A stretch of 63,888 nucleotides of DNA, the filler included, from Hyphochytrium catenoides (Eukaryota > Protista > Hyphochytriomycota): the NCBI GenBank assembly GCA_900088475.1. It is 13 parts of 13 records of this genome, joined end to end, with 100 filler letters (N's around TTAATTAATTAA, not from the genome) between each part and the next. Parts side by side here need not be neighbours in the genome. Positions count along the whole stretch, not along the records: positions 23,236 to 29,966 come from FLMG01002118.1; positions 30,067 to 31,321 come from FLMG01000836.1; positions 31,422 to 32,481 come from FLMG01003349.1; positions 32,582 to 33,693 come from FLMG01003539.1; positions 33,794 to 35,549 come from FLMG01002965.1; positions 35,650 to 46,994 come from FLMG01004098.1; 7 more parts are not named here. One strand, written 5' to 3'. Below are positions 24,775 to 37,202 of this stretch, in pieces (the stretch's first letter is position 1; every line of letters starts with the position of its first letter). Both the position numbers and the translations under genes were made by a program. Below the pieces are notes generated by a model. The model saw only the letters and a program-made list of their open reading frames with translations. It was not told the DNA's origin and did no database searches.

Positions 24775-27700
24775 GGCCTCTCCCTTCTCTACATTTGCCT
24801 GAACCCTCTTTTCACCGTAGGACCTTCCAGCGGAGAAGGAATGTCCCTTTGAAACCTCAGTAAGCGTGGCAGATATTAAGGCCATCCATCCTTTATATTT
24901 CTCCAGTCTTGGCCGCTCCGCCCTTCTCTTTCTCTCGTGGTCTCTCTCTCTCTCTCCTCTCTCTCTGAATTCTTATGCAGATCCCCAGGGGTCTGCCCTC
25001 TCCCATTTGCTCTAACGTTCTGCCAATCTTCTCTATCTCCCTCACTCTGCCCAGAGCGCCTGCTCTCATTTCTCTCTCCTCCCATTCCTTCTCCCTTCTC
25101 GGACGGACTCTTTCTTCTCATCTTCCTTTCCCTTTTCCTTTCTTTCTTCTCGTGCTTTCCTCTCTCTCTCTCTCCCCATCATTCTCTCTCTCTGGGTAGT
25201 TGTTCGAGGCTAACATCAACCTCACGTCTATCTCCCCTATACATTATCTCTCTCCTCTCTCTCTATTTAGAAGCGGCCCTGGCACTGCATCGCCCTCAAC
25301 GCCTCGACTAACCTTCTGAACCGCGCTCCAGAGCTGCACTGGGCGCCAGAGCTGAGGGTCGTCGACCTCTCCTTGAACCAGCTGTGCGCACTGGATGGGC
25401 TGCAGGACTGTAAGAGGCTGATGAAGATGAATCTCGCGCACAATACGATGACGGTAAGGTGCGCATTATCAGGCATGAGAGAGAACCTTTGGACCTCTTC
25501 GGTACCTTCACTCTCCTTGAAGATCCTTCTTTCTCCTTGCTCCCGCCTCCCAGAAAGCTTAACTCTTCTCTTTCTTAACCTCCTTCATCTTTGCTCCTAC
25601 GTTTCTCTCCTGTCTTTCTCTCGCTCTGTCACTCTCTGTCTCAGTCATTAGAAGGGATCGGAAGACTTAAGGCGCTCGTGTCGCTAGATATCTCCTACAA
25701 TCAGCTTTCTGATCTTGGAGAGCTGCAGAGCCTCAACGCGTTAAAGGAGCTAAAGCTGTCCTGCAATAAAATTCAAGACCTAACCCCGCTCAAGGGACTT
25801 ACCAGGCAGGACATTCTCTCTCCTGTTCTCTCCTCTCTGACCTTCCCCGCTTCCTCTTTCTTTCCTCTTGGAATCCAATTTCTCTCTTTCTTCCTTCTCC
25901 TTCATGTGCTTCATTATCTCTCCAGCCTTCCCGAATGAGGTAGCGAGGCTCACCTTTCTCTTTCCCTCTCCCTCTCATGTTCGGTCTCTCTTCTACTGTT
26001 CCTTCCGCGCTGTGGCCTCTTCTATATTGGTCAGCCTACTGCATCTTGACATCCATAAGAACAGCATCAAGTCTGTTCAGCCTCTGACTGAGCTGAGGAA
26101 GCTGACCTACTTGGACATGTCAGACAACATGATCGATGGCATGGAAGAGGTGATATCCTTGGCTAGGCTCTTGAGGCCCCGCCTCTCTTGTGCTTATACC
26201 TCAACAGGCCTTGGTTTAGACTCCCTCTCCTATCAGCCGTCTCTCTCCTATCAGCCTTCTTATCCGCGTACGCTCATGAATTTCAGACTCTCAGGCTGCC
26301 TCTCCACTGACAGGAGAGAACTACAAGCGCTTCAGAGCTATAGAATATATAGGCTCACCTTCTCCATTCGCCTCTCACCTTCTCTGCCCTCGTCTAATAT
26401 CATCAACTGTCCCCTCTCATTGCTCTTTCCCAACCTTTCTCTCTCCGTCCTTGCCTTCTCTCTCCCTCTCTTACTCTTTCTTCTTGCGTCTCCCTCCTAA
26501 ATTGGCCACTCAGCTCATCGCGCTAGTTTCTTCGGCCACGGGCCTTAAAGAGCTAATAGCCACAGGAAACCCTGTCGCCTCTGCGGAAGGCTATCGCTTC
26601 ATTGTGTTGGAGAACGAGTCTGTTGAAACGTTGGACCGCGATCCCATTTCCAAGGAAGACAGAGAAAGGCAAACGCAGCTCTTTAGACACCAAGAGTTCT
26701 CTAAAATTCTTGAGGCCACGACGGAGGAGGTGAGGGAGGAAGAGTAAACGCTGTAGTAGAGTAAGAAAGAGAGAAGGGAAGGAAGAGAGACAACTAGAAG
26801 CAAGCGAGAACAGAGAAAAGACTGGGTCGCAAGATGTTTGCCATATCTCTTTGCCACGCTTGCGTTCAATTTCTGGAATTGGATGTGAGGAACATGGAGC
26901 TCTGTCCTTTTCGGTCCACATCTCACTCGCTCTCTTTAGTCTTCTACCCTCTCTTTCTCTCTCTCCCTCTCTCTCTCTACAAATATATCTTTCTCTCTCT
27001 GTCTTTCTCCCTTTCCTCTGTGGTAGCGTTGCCTTAACCTCCAAACCTCTTGGGGTGTGATACTCTCTCGTTCAGACATTAATGCTGCTCTTCACGATTT
27101 CTCTCTCTCTCTCTCTCAGTACCTGAAGCAGATAGAGCTGCGGAGGAGTGCGATGGAGGCAGGACTGCGCTTCTATAAGAGCAGAGAAGAAGAGCTTATC
27201 GCACTATTCGAAGCCTACAGAGCCAAGATGGAGGTCATAGCTGCTTTATTGACGTGGCATTCTCGTCTGACCTATCTCCTCTCCTCTCTATCTCTCTTCT
27301 CCTGATCTCTTCGCGCATCGTCTCCATACCTCTAGCCTTGGTTTCCTTAGGAAGTCTCTACTTTTACGTCCCGTGACTCTTATCTTTATTGGAGATGCTG
27401 GCGAGCGACCTTTCCTACAGCATTGTAAAGTGTCTTGCCTTGGCTTTGGATCTTTTCCAGCCTTACTCTTTTTCTTTCCCTCTTTCTTTCTCAGTCTCAT
27501 GAGTTCTTCCTGTTAATATCCGCGCTTTCCCTCTCTCTTCAGGCGGAGATGGAAAATTGCATCAGCTACTTCCACTCTCTGCAGCGCTCGCCTGCTGGTG
27601 ACCATTTCCTCAGTTCTTCAGGAATGCAGGTAGCAACTCTATGTCTCCACGGGTTCCTCATGCTCTTCTCTCTCTCCCTCTTTCTCACTCACTCTTCCTC

Positions 27701-28146
27701 TCTACTTCCTTCCCTGTTCCTGTGAGGGGTATGGAGATCTTCTCTTGTCCAAGTAACCTTCTCATTTCTTCTCCGTTTTTTGGTTTGCGTGACTGCGTCA
27801 GCTGTACAGGCCGCTTGTGACTTGACTCTCTCTCTCTCTCTCCGTTCATGTCTCTTGACGATACTGAATTGTAGCGTGTCCTCTTATCTACTTCTCCGTC
27901 TCCTTCATCTTCCTCTTAAGCTGAATGTGCCTTACTTTCACGCGAATCTTACTGTCCAAACTTTCTACCCGATCCAGTACCTCACTGTTCGCCATTCACG
28001 CTCCCTCATTGTTTTTTTTTGCTCTGTCTCTTTTGCCTTTCCCTCAGGTCTGGAGGGCCAGGCTCCAACAGCTGGAGAAGCAGCGGCAAGAGGAAGCCAT
28101 GGAGGCACAAAAGACAGAGACACAATCAGATAAACAGAAATTGTGA
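24059..28146 (+). CDS. SDS22-type leucine-rich repeat protein with C-terminal coiled coil
   Basis: Spliced exons give LRVVDLSLNQL, LMKMNLAHN, LVSLDISYNQL, LKELKLSCNKI, LLHLDIHKNSI, LTYLDMSDNMI, LIATGNPV and the LRR cap YRFIVL..VETLDRDPI. Confidence 0.85.
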
Positions 28147-29114
28147 GGAAAGGGAGCAGGCAAAGGATGGAGAGAGATGGAGAGGGTGGGATTGAGGAGA
28201 GAAGAACGAGAGAGACACACAGCACAGCAGAGTGTGATAGAGATAGCACAAAGGCGACAGACGCCCTGGGATGATGCTCATACTCCGTAGCACATACGTG
28301 GGAGTGCAATACGTTAGAGAGGAAGAGGGAAGTCTATGTGAGAGAAAAAGGAAGAAACGGAGGGATACAGGTACAGAGAGAGGGAGAGAGGCAGAGAGAG
28401 AGAGGGAGAGCCAGGCAGAGAGAGAGAGAGCCACGCAGGGAGAGAATCTTTCTGCGAGAGAGAAGACAGCACTAACGACTATCTATTTGCAGGACTGGTT
28501 ATAAGTCCACTCTACAGAGGATGACAGACACTACGCCCGCTCTGCTGCCGGAATTGCAGAAGGTCCAGGCTTCCCTGAGCTAGTATGGAAGTAAGAAAGA
28601 GATAAAAGAAGAGGAAACTTGTGCCATAAAGGCCATTGAAAAAAGAGGGATGCTCGCGAGAACCAGTGTTCGGCAGAGGCGAGCGCTTAATGGACGAGAG
28701 ACGAGAGAGCGCAACACAGATTTATTCTATTTCATCCACATGGAGTCTCTCTCTCTTTCTCCCTCTCTCTGGTTGTACCTCTCTGTGTCCGTTCTCTTCC
28801 AGTGCAGTAGGGATCCGCGTCCAGCTCTCTCTATGCCTCGCGGCTTGTGCTAGCGCTTTCTCTTCAAACATAATAGGGGAAGCTGAGAAGAGAGGACCCT
28901 CCAGTCCGGTCCCAATCATCCTTATCATTCCTGGCACTTTCTCTCTTCTTCTTGGGGACAAAGTACTCTTCAGAGTCTCCTCCTCAGAAGGAGGATTTTG
29001 AGTTGGAAGGCAGAAAAGGGAAAGGAAAAAGGAAGCAACTCTTCGGTGGCACTTCTCTCGTTCTCTCTCTCCTCTCTCTCCCCCTTTTTGTTTCTCTCTC
29101 TTTCAGTGTCCGTG

Positions 29115-29936
29115 CTACCGCTCTCCAAATATGGTGGAGCCGATTCTCACGTTAGTAGCTCCGTAGCTAATCTGCGCGAAGAAAGAGATAAAATTGAACA
29201 GAAAGGCAATAAAAGAGAGTTGGAAAGGTTAGCGACAGAGAGGAGTCAATTCTTTCTGCCAAGAAAGACTCTCAAGGAAGAGAGCAAGCTGCAAAAGGCA
29301 GGGAAAGAGAGAAAGGGAGAGAAATTGAGAGTGAGAGGAAGCAAATGGTGCCGAAGAAGGNNNNNNNNNNNNNNNNNNNNNNNNNNNNNNNNNNNNNNNN
29401 NNNNNNNNNNNNNNNNNNNNNNNNNNNNNNNNNNNNNTGAAGACATTCCCATGCTCAGCTCCACTTCTTCTTCGGGGAGAGAAAGGCGTTGGCAAACCTC
29501 TCGCCGACAGTCAGCGAGGATCTAGGAAATGCAAGAGGAGGCAGAGGAGGAAGAAGGGAAGGATAAGAATAGAGAGAGAGAGAAGGAGGACAGCGAGAGA
29601 GAGAACAAGACAGAGAGAACCAGAACAGAGCGTGTGATGCCATTCAGGCAGTAACACCACCGGTGGGGCAAGCAAGTAAGAGAGAGACGGGAAAGCGAAG
29701 AAGCAACGATGCTGAGTGAGAGAGAGAGAGAGAAAGAAAGGGCGAAGAGCGCACCTGAAAGCATTCTTCCGCTCCTTCTCCATACTTCCCAATCGTCATC
29801 AGTCCTCTGAACTGCAGGTGGGAATTGTTCTTCACAATATGTTCAACGAGGGCGGGAGAGGAAGAAGGAGAGAGACCGCTCTTACTCTCTTCTCCGCTCG
29901 TGTTGACTTGTACTAGAACTTTCAAGGGCGGACGCC
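29115..29936 (-). CDS. PLPBP: Pyridoxal phosphate homeostasis protein (YggS/PROSC), 3' part
   Basis: [30 protein letters not shown] and final exon [14 protein letters not shown]-stop. Confidence 0.93.
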
Positions 29937-30727
29937 CTGCCAGGGCGACAGGCAGGGAAATAAAGANNNNNNNNNNNNNNNNNNNNNNNNNNNNNNNNNN
30001 NNNNNNNNNNTTAATTAATTAANNNNNNNNNNNNNNNNNNNNNNNNNNNNNNNNNNNNNNNNNNNNACCCCCCCCTCTCTCTCTCTCTCTCCCTCTCTCT
30101 TTCTCTCTGTCTCTCTCTCTTTCCTTCTCCTGTCGTAATCCTCATCTCTCTCTCTCTCTTTGAGGCTTCTATTCCTATCATTTGGCGCAGGTATACTGAA
30201 CTCTTTCTTGAAGTCAGCTTGTCAACTCAATAATGTTCATTGGCAGCTTTGGTGTCTCTCAAATTCCGCTCTCTCCCTCTCTCTCTACTTCTCTGTCCCA
30301 TATTATCTCTCTCTACTTCTCTTTCTCTCTCTCCCTCTCTCTTTCTCTCTCTCTCTATCTCTCTCTCTTTCTCTCTCTCTCCTTTTCCCTCCCTCTCTTT
30401 TCCCTCCCTCTCTTTCTTTAATCTCTCTCCAGTAACAAATGTCAGATCTCCACCTCTCTTGGTCCTCACTATTCAACAGCGAAAGGCAGCGCTACACAGA
30501 AAAATAAGGGGCGAAAGCTGCTGCTGCTGCCCTTGCTGGACCGAGCTCACAACCACTAGACAGAGCCACGCCGAGTCAAGACATTATGCAGCGAACACCA
30601 TTGTCAGAGTAAAGACAGACAAGACGAGAGATACACACGCTTCAGAGATCTGAAGGCCAACAAGGACCAGCCGCAGGAAGAGAGAGAGAGAAAGAGAGAA
30701 GACTCTTCCCTACTTCCGCAAGTAACA

Positions 30728-31177
30728 ATGGCAACCACGATGAACCCTTGGCATTGGATAAAGAAGCCTGGGAACGCGCTCTTCGCGACTGGCGCCGTGC
30801 ACTGCCTCGTAGGCCTGGCTATCCCTCCTCTTCTCTCTCCCACGCTGGCGATTGTCCGCGATGGGCTTGTGAATGCTGTGGAGGTGCAATATCCAGACGG
30901 ATCGATCAGCTATGACAGGGCAACGGCCTTTTGGTTCCACTTTGGCGGCGTGATGATGATGATGATGGGCAGGCTCATGCAGCTCGGGATGGCGGGAGCG
31001 AGGAAGAGAGGAAAGAAAAGAGGAGGGGAAGAAGAGAAAGAAGGCAGAGTAGTGCCGAGAGAGATTGGCTGGTGGCTGATTGCTCTTGGCGCGCTGGGCG
31101 GCCTGATGATGCCGCTCTCAGGCTTCTGGCTGGTCATCCCTCAGGGTGTCAGTATTGTTTATGGAGCCTCCTCTTGA
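30728..31177 (+). CDS. Intronless small membrane protein of DUF6463 type
   Basis: G..L..TG.VH..VG, AFWFHFGG, P..IGW.L and MPLSGFWLVIPQ follow the pattern I recall for this mainly bacterial family. Confidence 0.75.
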   Translation: MATTMNPWHWIKKPGNALFATGAVHCLVGLAIPPLLSPTLAIVRDGLVNAVEVQYPDGSISYDRATAFWFHFGGVMMMMMGRLMQLGMAGARKRGKKRGGEEEKEGRVVPREIGWWLIALGALGGLMMPLSGFWLVIPQGVSIVYGASS

Positions 31178-32079
31178 CTGACTGGCAGCCAGGAAAACGA
31201 GCGGCAGCGTGGGTAGGAAGAGCTAGGAAGTGAGAGAGCTAAAGAAGTGAGAGAGCTAAAGAAGAGACAGGAGGAGGATAGTAGGAGTGTGGAGACAGAG
31301 AGAGAGAGAGAGAGAGAGAGANNNNNNNNNNNNNNNNNNNNNNNNNNNNNNNNNNNNNNNNNNNNTTAATTAATTAANNNNNNNNNNNNNNNNNNNNNNN
31401 NNNNNNNNNNNNNNNNNNNNNAGAGAGAGAGAGAGAGAGCGGAAAGAGCAGTGAAGTGCCAAAGGACTTCAAGAGAGAGAAAGACCTTGGTTTGCTTTGA
31501 ATATGATTATTAGCGCTATGATGGTCGGAGGAGAGAGAGATGAGAGCAATGACTAGAAGCAGGAATCTACCTCGTTCGTTTTACATTCAACACATCTTCT
31601 AACGCCGGTGAGGCGTTTTGCAAAGGCAACTTCAATATCCTCTTCCTCTATTCAAGCGTGCTGTTTACAAGCTCTCTCATTCCTTCCTCTCTCCCCTCTT
31701 CTCTCTTTCTCTCTTTCCTCTCTCTCTCTTCTCTCTCTTTCCTCCCCTCTTTTCTCCCAGTTCTCTCTACGAGGTCAAATGTGACGAGACATGACAGAGG
31801 AGACGTGGCTAGTTCTCTTTTGGCTTCTCCGCAACCTTCGGCACTTTCCCCATCTGTAACACTCGCCATTCTTCATGATGTGAGGCAGTGAGTCTATCCG
31901 AAGTTGACCTCTCTGTCTTCCTCATCCTTTTAACAATCCTCTCTCTCTCTCTCTGTCTCTCTCTTCTTCTCTCTTTTCTTAGGGTACCAGTGTCTTTTAC
32001 TCTTACTCCTCTTGTTCCCCTCTATCAGGCGGGAAGTGTAGGTACGCGGTTCAGAACCTTAGTGCTGGATGATGGCGGG

Positions 32080-32152
<73 letters not shown>

Positions 32153-32581
32153 GAGAGAGAGATCAAGGCAAACAGGGAGTTGTCCGACCCAAGCGACAAC
32201 CTCCGTCTAGGTCTGTGTATAATTTAATGTCTGAGTCTTATGTGTTAATATCAGACAAAATAGAAGAGTGAGTTTGATGCTCTCTGCGTTTGGACCTAGC
32301 CTTTTCTACCTTAGAAAGTGCAGCCGGTATCACAATAATAGTGTGTGTGAAGAAGAAGATGCGTCTGTAGTGTAATATCTATGTACTTTAGGTGGTGAGT
32401 TTGTTACTATATATGGGTTTGCGGTCTTTTCATTGGCCGTGTTTGGCCTGTTCCGCTCAGCAGCAGGACAGACAGCAGCTGNNNNNNNNNNNNNNNNNNN
32501 NNNNNNNNNNNNNNNNNNNNNNNNNTTAATTAATTAANNNNNNNNNNNNNNNNNNNNNNNNNNNNNNNNNNNNNNNNNNNN

Positions 32582-33693
32582 AAATAGCTCCTCAGAGATG
32601 CTTCTTCTCACCTTGGAGCCCAAAGCAGACTACGTGCTCCCGAGTTATGTGTTGCTGTACCTGCTCACCAACAACATGGTCACCGTTGCCAAGGTCAAGA
32701 AAGTCATTCCTATGAGGGTCGCCATGGTGTACGACAACTATGTCAAACAACTATGCGGGCAAGCGACAGGAAGCGGAAAACAACATCCACAAGGCCATGG
32801 AAGCGAACGACGAAGCACTCCTAACAGCGAACGAGACCCAGAAGAGTTATTTTAAGTCAATGCTGAACAAACCATACGGTAAGACCCTTCAGGATGAATC
32901 CAAATACACCAAGGAGTTCATAGTCAACAATCCTAATGATTACCTTCAAAGAGTGAGCGGTAAGCAGCTCGTGGACGCAAAACAGCTCTCCAAGAAGAGC
33001 ATCCTCGTAAGCTGCAGAGCCGCGACCAACGTCAAAACCGCGACCAACGTCAAAACGCCGAGATACCTCGGGATGACCATTCGCTGGAGCTCAAAGCTCC
33101 TGATGGATGTATGACTTCATCTATAACTGCCTTTGGAAGACCTACTCTTGCGAGCAGCTCCAGCTCCAGTACATTGACACAGACGGCGTGTACCTCAAGG
33201 TAGATAGCCCCAGTTACGACGCCTTTCTTGTTCCCTCAGAACTTGCTAGTAGACTGCTTCATTGCTGCCAAAGGTGACGTCACGCCTGGTAAGTTCAAAC
33301 TAGAAGCGAACTTGCAAGAGATGGTATGTTTAGCTCCAAAATTAAGATCCATGCTCTCGGTAGACAACACATCAGCAGTCATTAAAGCGAAGGGGGTTCA
33401 GAAAGCAGTCCTCAAGCTCAATCACGAGCAGTTTAGACAAACCTTGCGTGAGCTCAGTCAGCTTGCAGTCGAGAATATGACCTTCAAGAAGCAATATGCC
33501 AAGAATGGCCGCACAAGTGTCTACATGCAGACGAGGTACGAGCGGAAGACGCTACCCATGTTAGATAGGAAGTCTGTATGGCTCTCGTTGAACGAGTCAG
33601 TCCCTCATGGCTACTACAAACCCTGCAATCACTTTTGTACTGATCAAAGATGCCACCAGGAGACTCTTGTCTTCTGCGCTATATGCTCCCGCA
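32582..33693 (+). pseudogene. Polinton/Maverick-type protein-primed family B DNA polymerase, C-terminal half, frameshifted
   Basis: FKSMLNKPYGKT (KxxxNxxYGK), PRYLGMTI..SKLLM, YIDTDG (about 33170), GKFKLE, LAPKL, KAKGV, DRK..SVPHGY. Split over several frames, with no introns. Confidence 0.85.
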
Positions 33694-33793
33694 NNNNNNN
33701 NNNNNNNNNNNNNNNNNNNNNNNNNNNNNNNNNNNNNTTAATTAATTAANNNNNNNNNNNNNNNNNNNNNNNNNNNNNNNNNNNNNNNNNNNN

Positions 33794-35044
33794 TCAGGCA
33801 CCGATGCCGCTATGAAGATTATCCCTGCAGTTTCTCCGATGCTTCTGGACCCGCTCGAGATGGTCCGGACCCAGGTAATTGTCCTCTCTTGTCTAGCTTA
33901 TGGTGTCAAATGCAAAGCTGTGAACCAATACTTCTAAACTGTCTGTATCTTCAGCGGCCCTAGAGCTTTCCTCTCTTGGCGCCTGTTGTCCTTACCTCCA
34001 CTTCGCCGTTCTCTTCAACTTGCCACTCCATGCTTGATAGAGTGGTACGTGATCTGTTTGCCTTTATTATACTGACAACGTAGTTCCGGATGATCGCAGG
34101 CTTCGCAGTGCATTTCGACATTCCTTCAGAAGGCATTGGCAGAAGCAAAAGAGATGACGCGGCAGGAAGCCCTTGCAGCTCAAAACGAAGGGGTGTCAGC
34201 GACACAGCAGGCAGGAGGAGAGAAATCCGTTCCGGAAGGTCAAGGCTCCAAAGTCAAACAATGGGGAGGCTGGGTAGCATCTTCAATAGGCTCCGGCGTA
34301 GGGAAGTTTGTCAATTCAAGAGGAAGCATGGCTGTGTCTGGATCCATAGATCAGCAAAGCAGCAGCACAGAGGCTCCTCCCAGCTCTAGCGGCAATACTG
34401 CTCCAATCCCTTCCGCCCCTATGACAGCCGCCATGTCTTTCGCTCCATCTGCGCCATCTAGCCACCCGACAGCCTCAACGGTAGTAGGACAGAAGAATAC
34501 GTGGGACGAAGGTTGGAGTGACACCGATGACCTGGGACTAGACAGCCCTCCAGCCAACCCTCCGAAGCCCGCAGGACCCCCCTCGAGCTCGTTCGCACCC
34601 GGCTCAGGCACCATAGTAGGGGCTGCAGCTGGATGGGGAACTGGAGCAGGGCTGAACCCGAAAGCAACCCCTCAGGAAGACCTCTTTGCCGAGTTTGGTG
34701 TCAACTCTCCGCCAAAGCCTGCTACCATTGGAGGTCTGACGACATCCTCTTCGTCACACACTCCCGGCCATCATAGGACTGGGAGTAAAGGTAGCATCAG
34801 CAGTAAACTGAGCGGTTCAGCAGAAGGTGGAGAAGGCTGGGGAGACGGAGACGATGTAGGCGGCATGGGCGAGACTCTGAAGCGTTCTTCAATTGGGAGC
34901 GCAGGAGATAAAGGACAGACCCTACAGCAGAAGCGAGCTGAAGCAGCTGCTCGAAGAGAGCAGAGGAAGAAGAAGACAGCCTTAGGGGCAGTCAAGAAGC
35001 TGGACGTCTCAAAGGATGTGGACGGTTGGGACGATAATTGGTAG
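33794..35044 (+). CDS. SCY1-like pseudokinase (SCYL1/Cex1-like), C-terminal part
   Basis: KIIPAVSPMLLDPLEMVRTQ|ASQCISTFLQK, WGGWVASSI and a disordered tail with WDEGW, GWGD and GWDDNW. Confidence 0.75.
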
Positions 35045-35898
35045 CCCGTGCCCTTCTCTTTGTCCTAAAGATGTACCCGTCTTCTCTTCGGCAGGTCGTG
35101 CATCACCTTTCAAAAACCTCTTTCTTGCTTGGTTTTCCCTCTCCTACTTGCCACCAAAGCCCCCGCTCTGTAGTCTAATAGCTGGATTAATATATACTTT
35201 GTACAGCCTGAGGGTCCGCTGATGCCGTTGTTCGGGTTTCACGGATCCCAACTTACATAGCTCTTGCTATTCATTGGTAACCTTCCCCCTCGAGCCTTTC
35301 TCCATCTTAATGCCCTCTTCTCCTAGGTAAAACACACTCCCTCGTCATCTCTGTCTCGTCGTCGTAACGTGGATGAGCTCCCTAAGAATAGCTGTGCAGC
35401 TGAATCTGCTAGACGGTAACGAGTACCTGTCGCTACCCTTCTGTTGCGCTCAGCTTAGCTTAAAGAACTCCTCCGTCTGGGCTGCGATGAGGCTCGACGA
35501 TCGCACCAATCCGTGATCATCTTCCACCTCTATTAGCTTCCTGTCCACTNNNNNNNNNNNNNNNNNNNNNNNNNNNNNNNNNNNNNNNNNNNNTTAATTA
35601 ATTAANNNNNNNNNNNNNNNNNNNNNNNNNNNNNNNNNNNNNNNNNNNNAGAGAAGGATCGGTAGGAGTACTGAAAGAGAGAGAGAAAAAGAGAAACACC
35701 CGAAAAATACTTTCCTAGAAGCTCTCTTCAGCAGCTTAAGGAGATGAGAGAGGGAGAGAAGGTTGAGAAGAGGAGAGCGAGAGGAGCTGTCCAGCGACTG
35801 CCGTGAGACAGGAGAGAGCGGGAGTGAGAGCAGAGAAGAGACAGGGAGGGAGATGGAGAGAGAGAGAGAGAGAGAACCACGACGCTTAAATTTCGATA

Positions 35899-36516
35899 CC
35901 TGGGCGACGCCCTGCTCCAGCAGCTGTTTAAGAAGTAGCGCGGCCATCCGGTAGTGCCGCTGCATCTCAGATCGGACGGAGCTCTGCAAAAGGAGGGTCA
36001 GCAGTCTCTTCCCCCGTTAGGTTATACATCTCTCTCTCTCTCTCCCTCTCTATCTCTCTTTTCCCTATCTGACACAAGGCAGAGATTCACTTGACACCGT
36101 TTATCTCTCCCTCCTTTCCTGTTCGGTACTTTGTTGGGCCAAGTGTAGAGCCTAATCAGCGACATTCCTTAAATCGCAAGTTTCTCCTTCCTCTCTCTCT
36201 CTTTCCTCTCTCTCTGTCTCTGTCTCTCATGTGTCTCTTTCTGTGTCTCTCTGTGTCTCCCTCGGTGTGTCTCTCTCTCTCGTCTCTCCCTCTCCTCCTC
36301 TTTCCTTGCAATCTCCTCTACGGCGAGGCCAATATATACCTTGACTGACTCCTTGAGACTACTCAGCGTGGACACGACGTCATCTTTGTTCAGAACATCA
36401 TCGCCCAAACTGTGGGAAGAAAGAGAGAGAGCGAGAGAGAGGGGGAGAGGGAGTGAAGACAAGAACTTTGGGTAGATGTGACTTGACAGAGAGCAAACGG
36501 GCGCAGTCTGTGAACC

Positions 36517-36583
<67 letters not shown>

Positions 36584-37202
36584 AAGAGAGAGAGAGAACA
36601 TGATAGAGAAAGAAAAGGGAGAGAGGAAAGTCAAAAAGGACGGGACGTAGAAGGAGACGGAACACCTACAAAAGAGAGAGGGAGGGAGAGAGAGAAGGGG
36701 AGAGAGAGAGAAAGAGAACATGATAGAGCCAAAGAAAAAGGAGAGAGGAAAGTGAAAAGGAAGGGACGTAGAAGGAGACGGAACACCTACAACGGAGAGA
36801 GAGAGAAGGAGTCAGAGAGACAACAAAACAGAGAGGAAAATAAAGTGTGAGGAGAGAGAGAGAGAGAGAATCGTGATATAGGGTGCGACTACCTGTCGCT
36901 TTTGGTATCTTCAAAGTCCGTATCCACGGCCTGGACGGCCAGCTCAGTCTTCGACTTCATAAAGCGAAGGAATTGCTCAAGCTGCAATCATAGAGAAGAA
37001 CGCGTTAGACGCCGTGGCGCAGTGTAAGAAAAGGAAGTACACGAGCGAGCGAGCGGGCACAAGAGAGAGAGAGAGAGAGGAGATAGCGCGAGAAAGAGAC
37101 ACACAGAAAAGACTACGAAGCGGGAAGTGGAGAGAGAGAGAGAGAGAGAGAGAGACGAACAGAGAGAGACGCGCTGACCTGATCATCTGCATCGCGAGGC
37201 AT
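35899..37202 (-). CDS. LZTFL1: Leucine zipper transcription factor-like 1 (BBS17) homologue, 5' part
   Basis: Spliced MPRDADDQ|LEQFLRFMKSK..VDTDFEDTKSDSLGDDVLNKDDVVSTLSSLKESVK|SSVRSEMQRHYRMAALLLKQLLEQ resembles the LZTFL1 N-terminal domain. Truncated by contig edge. Confidence 0.75.
36591..36792. repeat. Intronic tandem duplication, 120-bp period
   Basis: GAGAACATGATAGAG...GGGACGTAGAAGGAGACGGAACACCTACAA occurs twice, 120 bp apart. Confidence 0.8.

Noticed and set aside
29115-35044. Apparent cluster of PLPBP, DUF6463-like gene, PolB and SCYL1
   Set aside because: Each lies on a different contig separated by linkers, so no linkage can be inferred.
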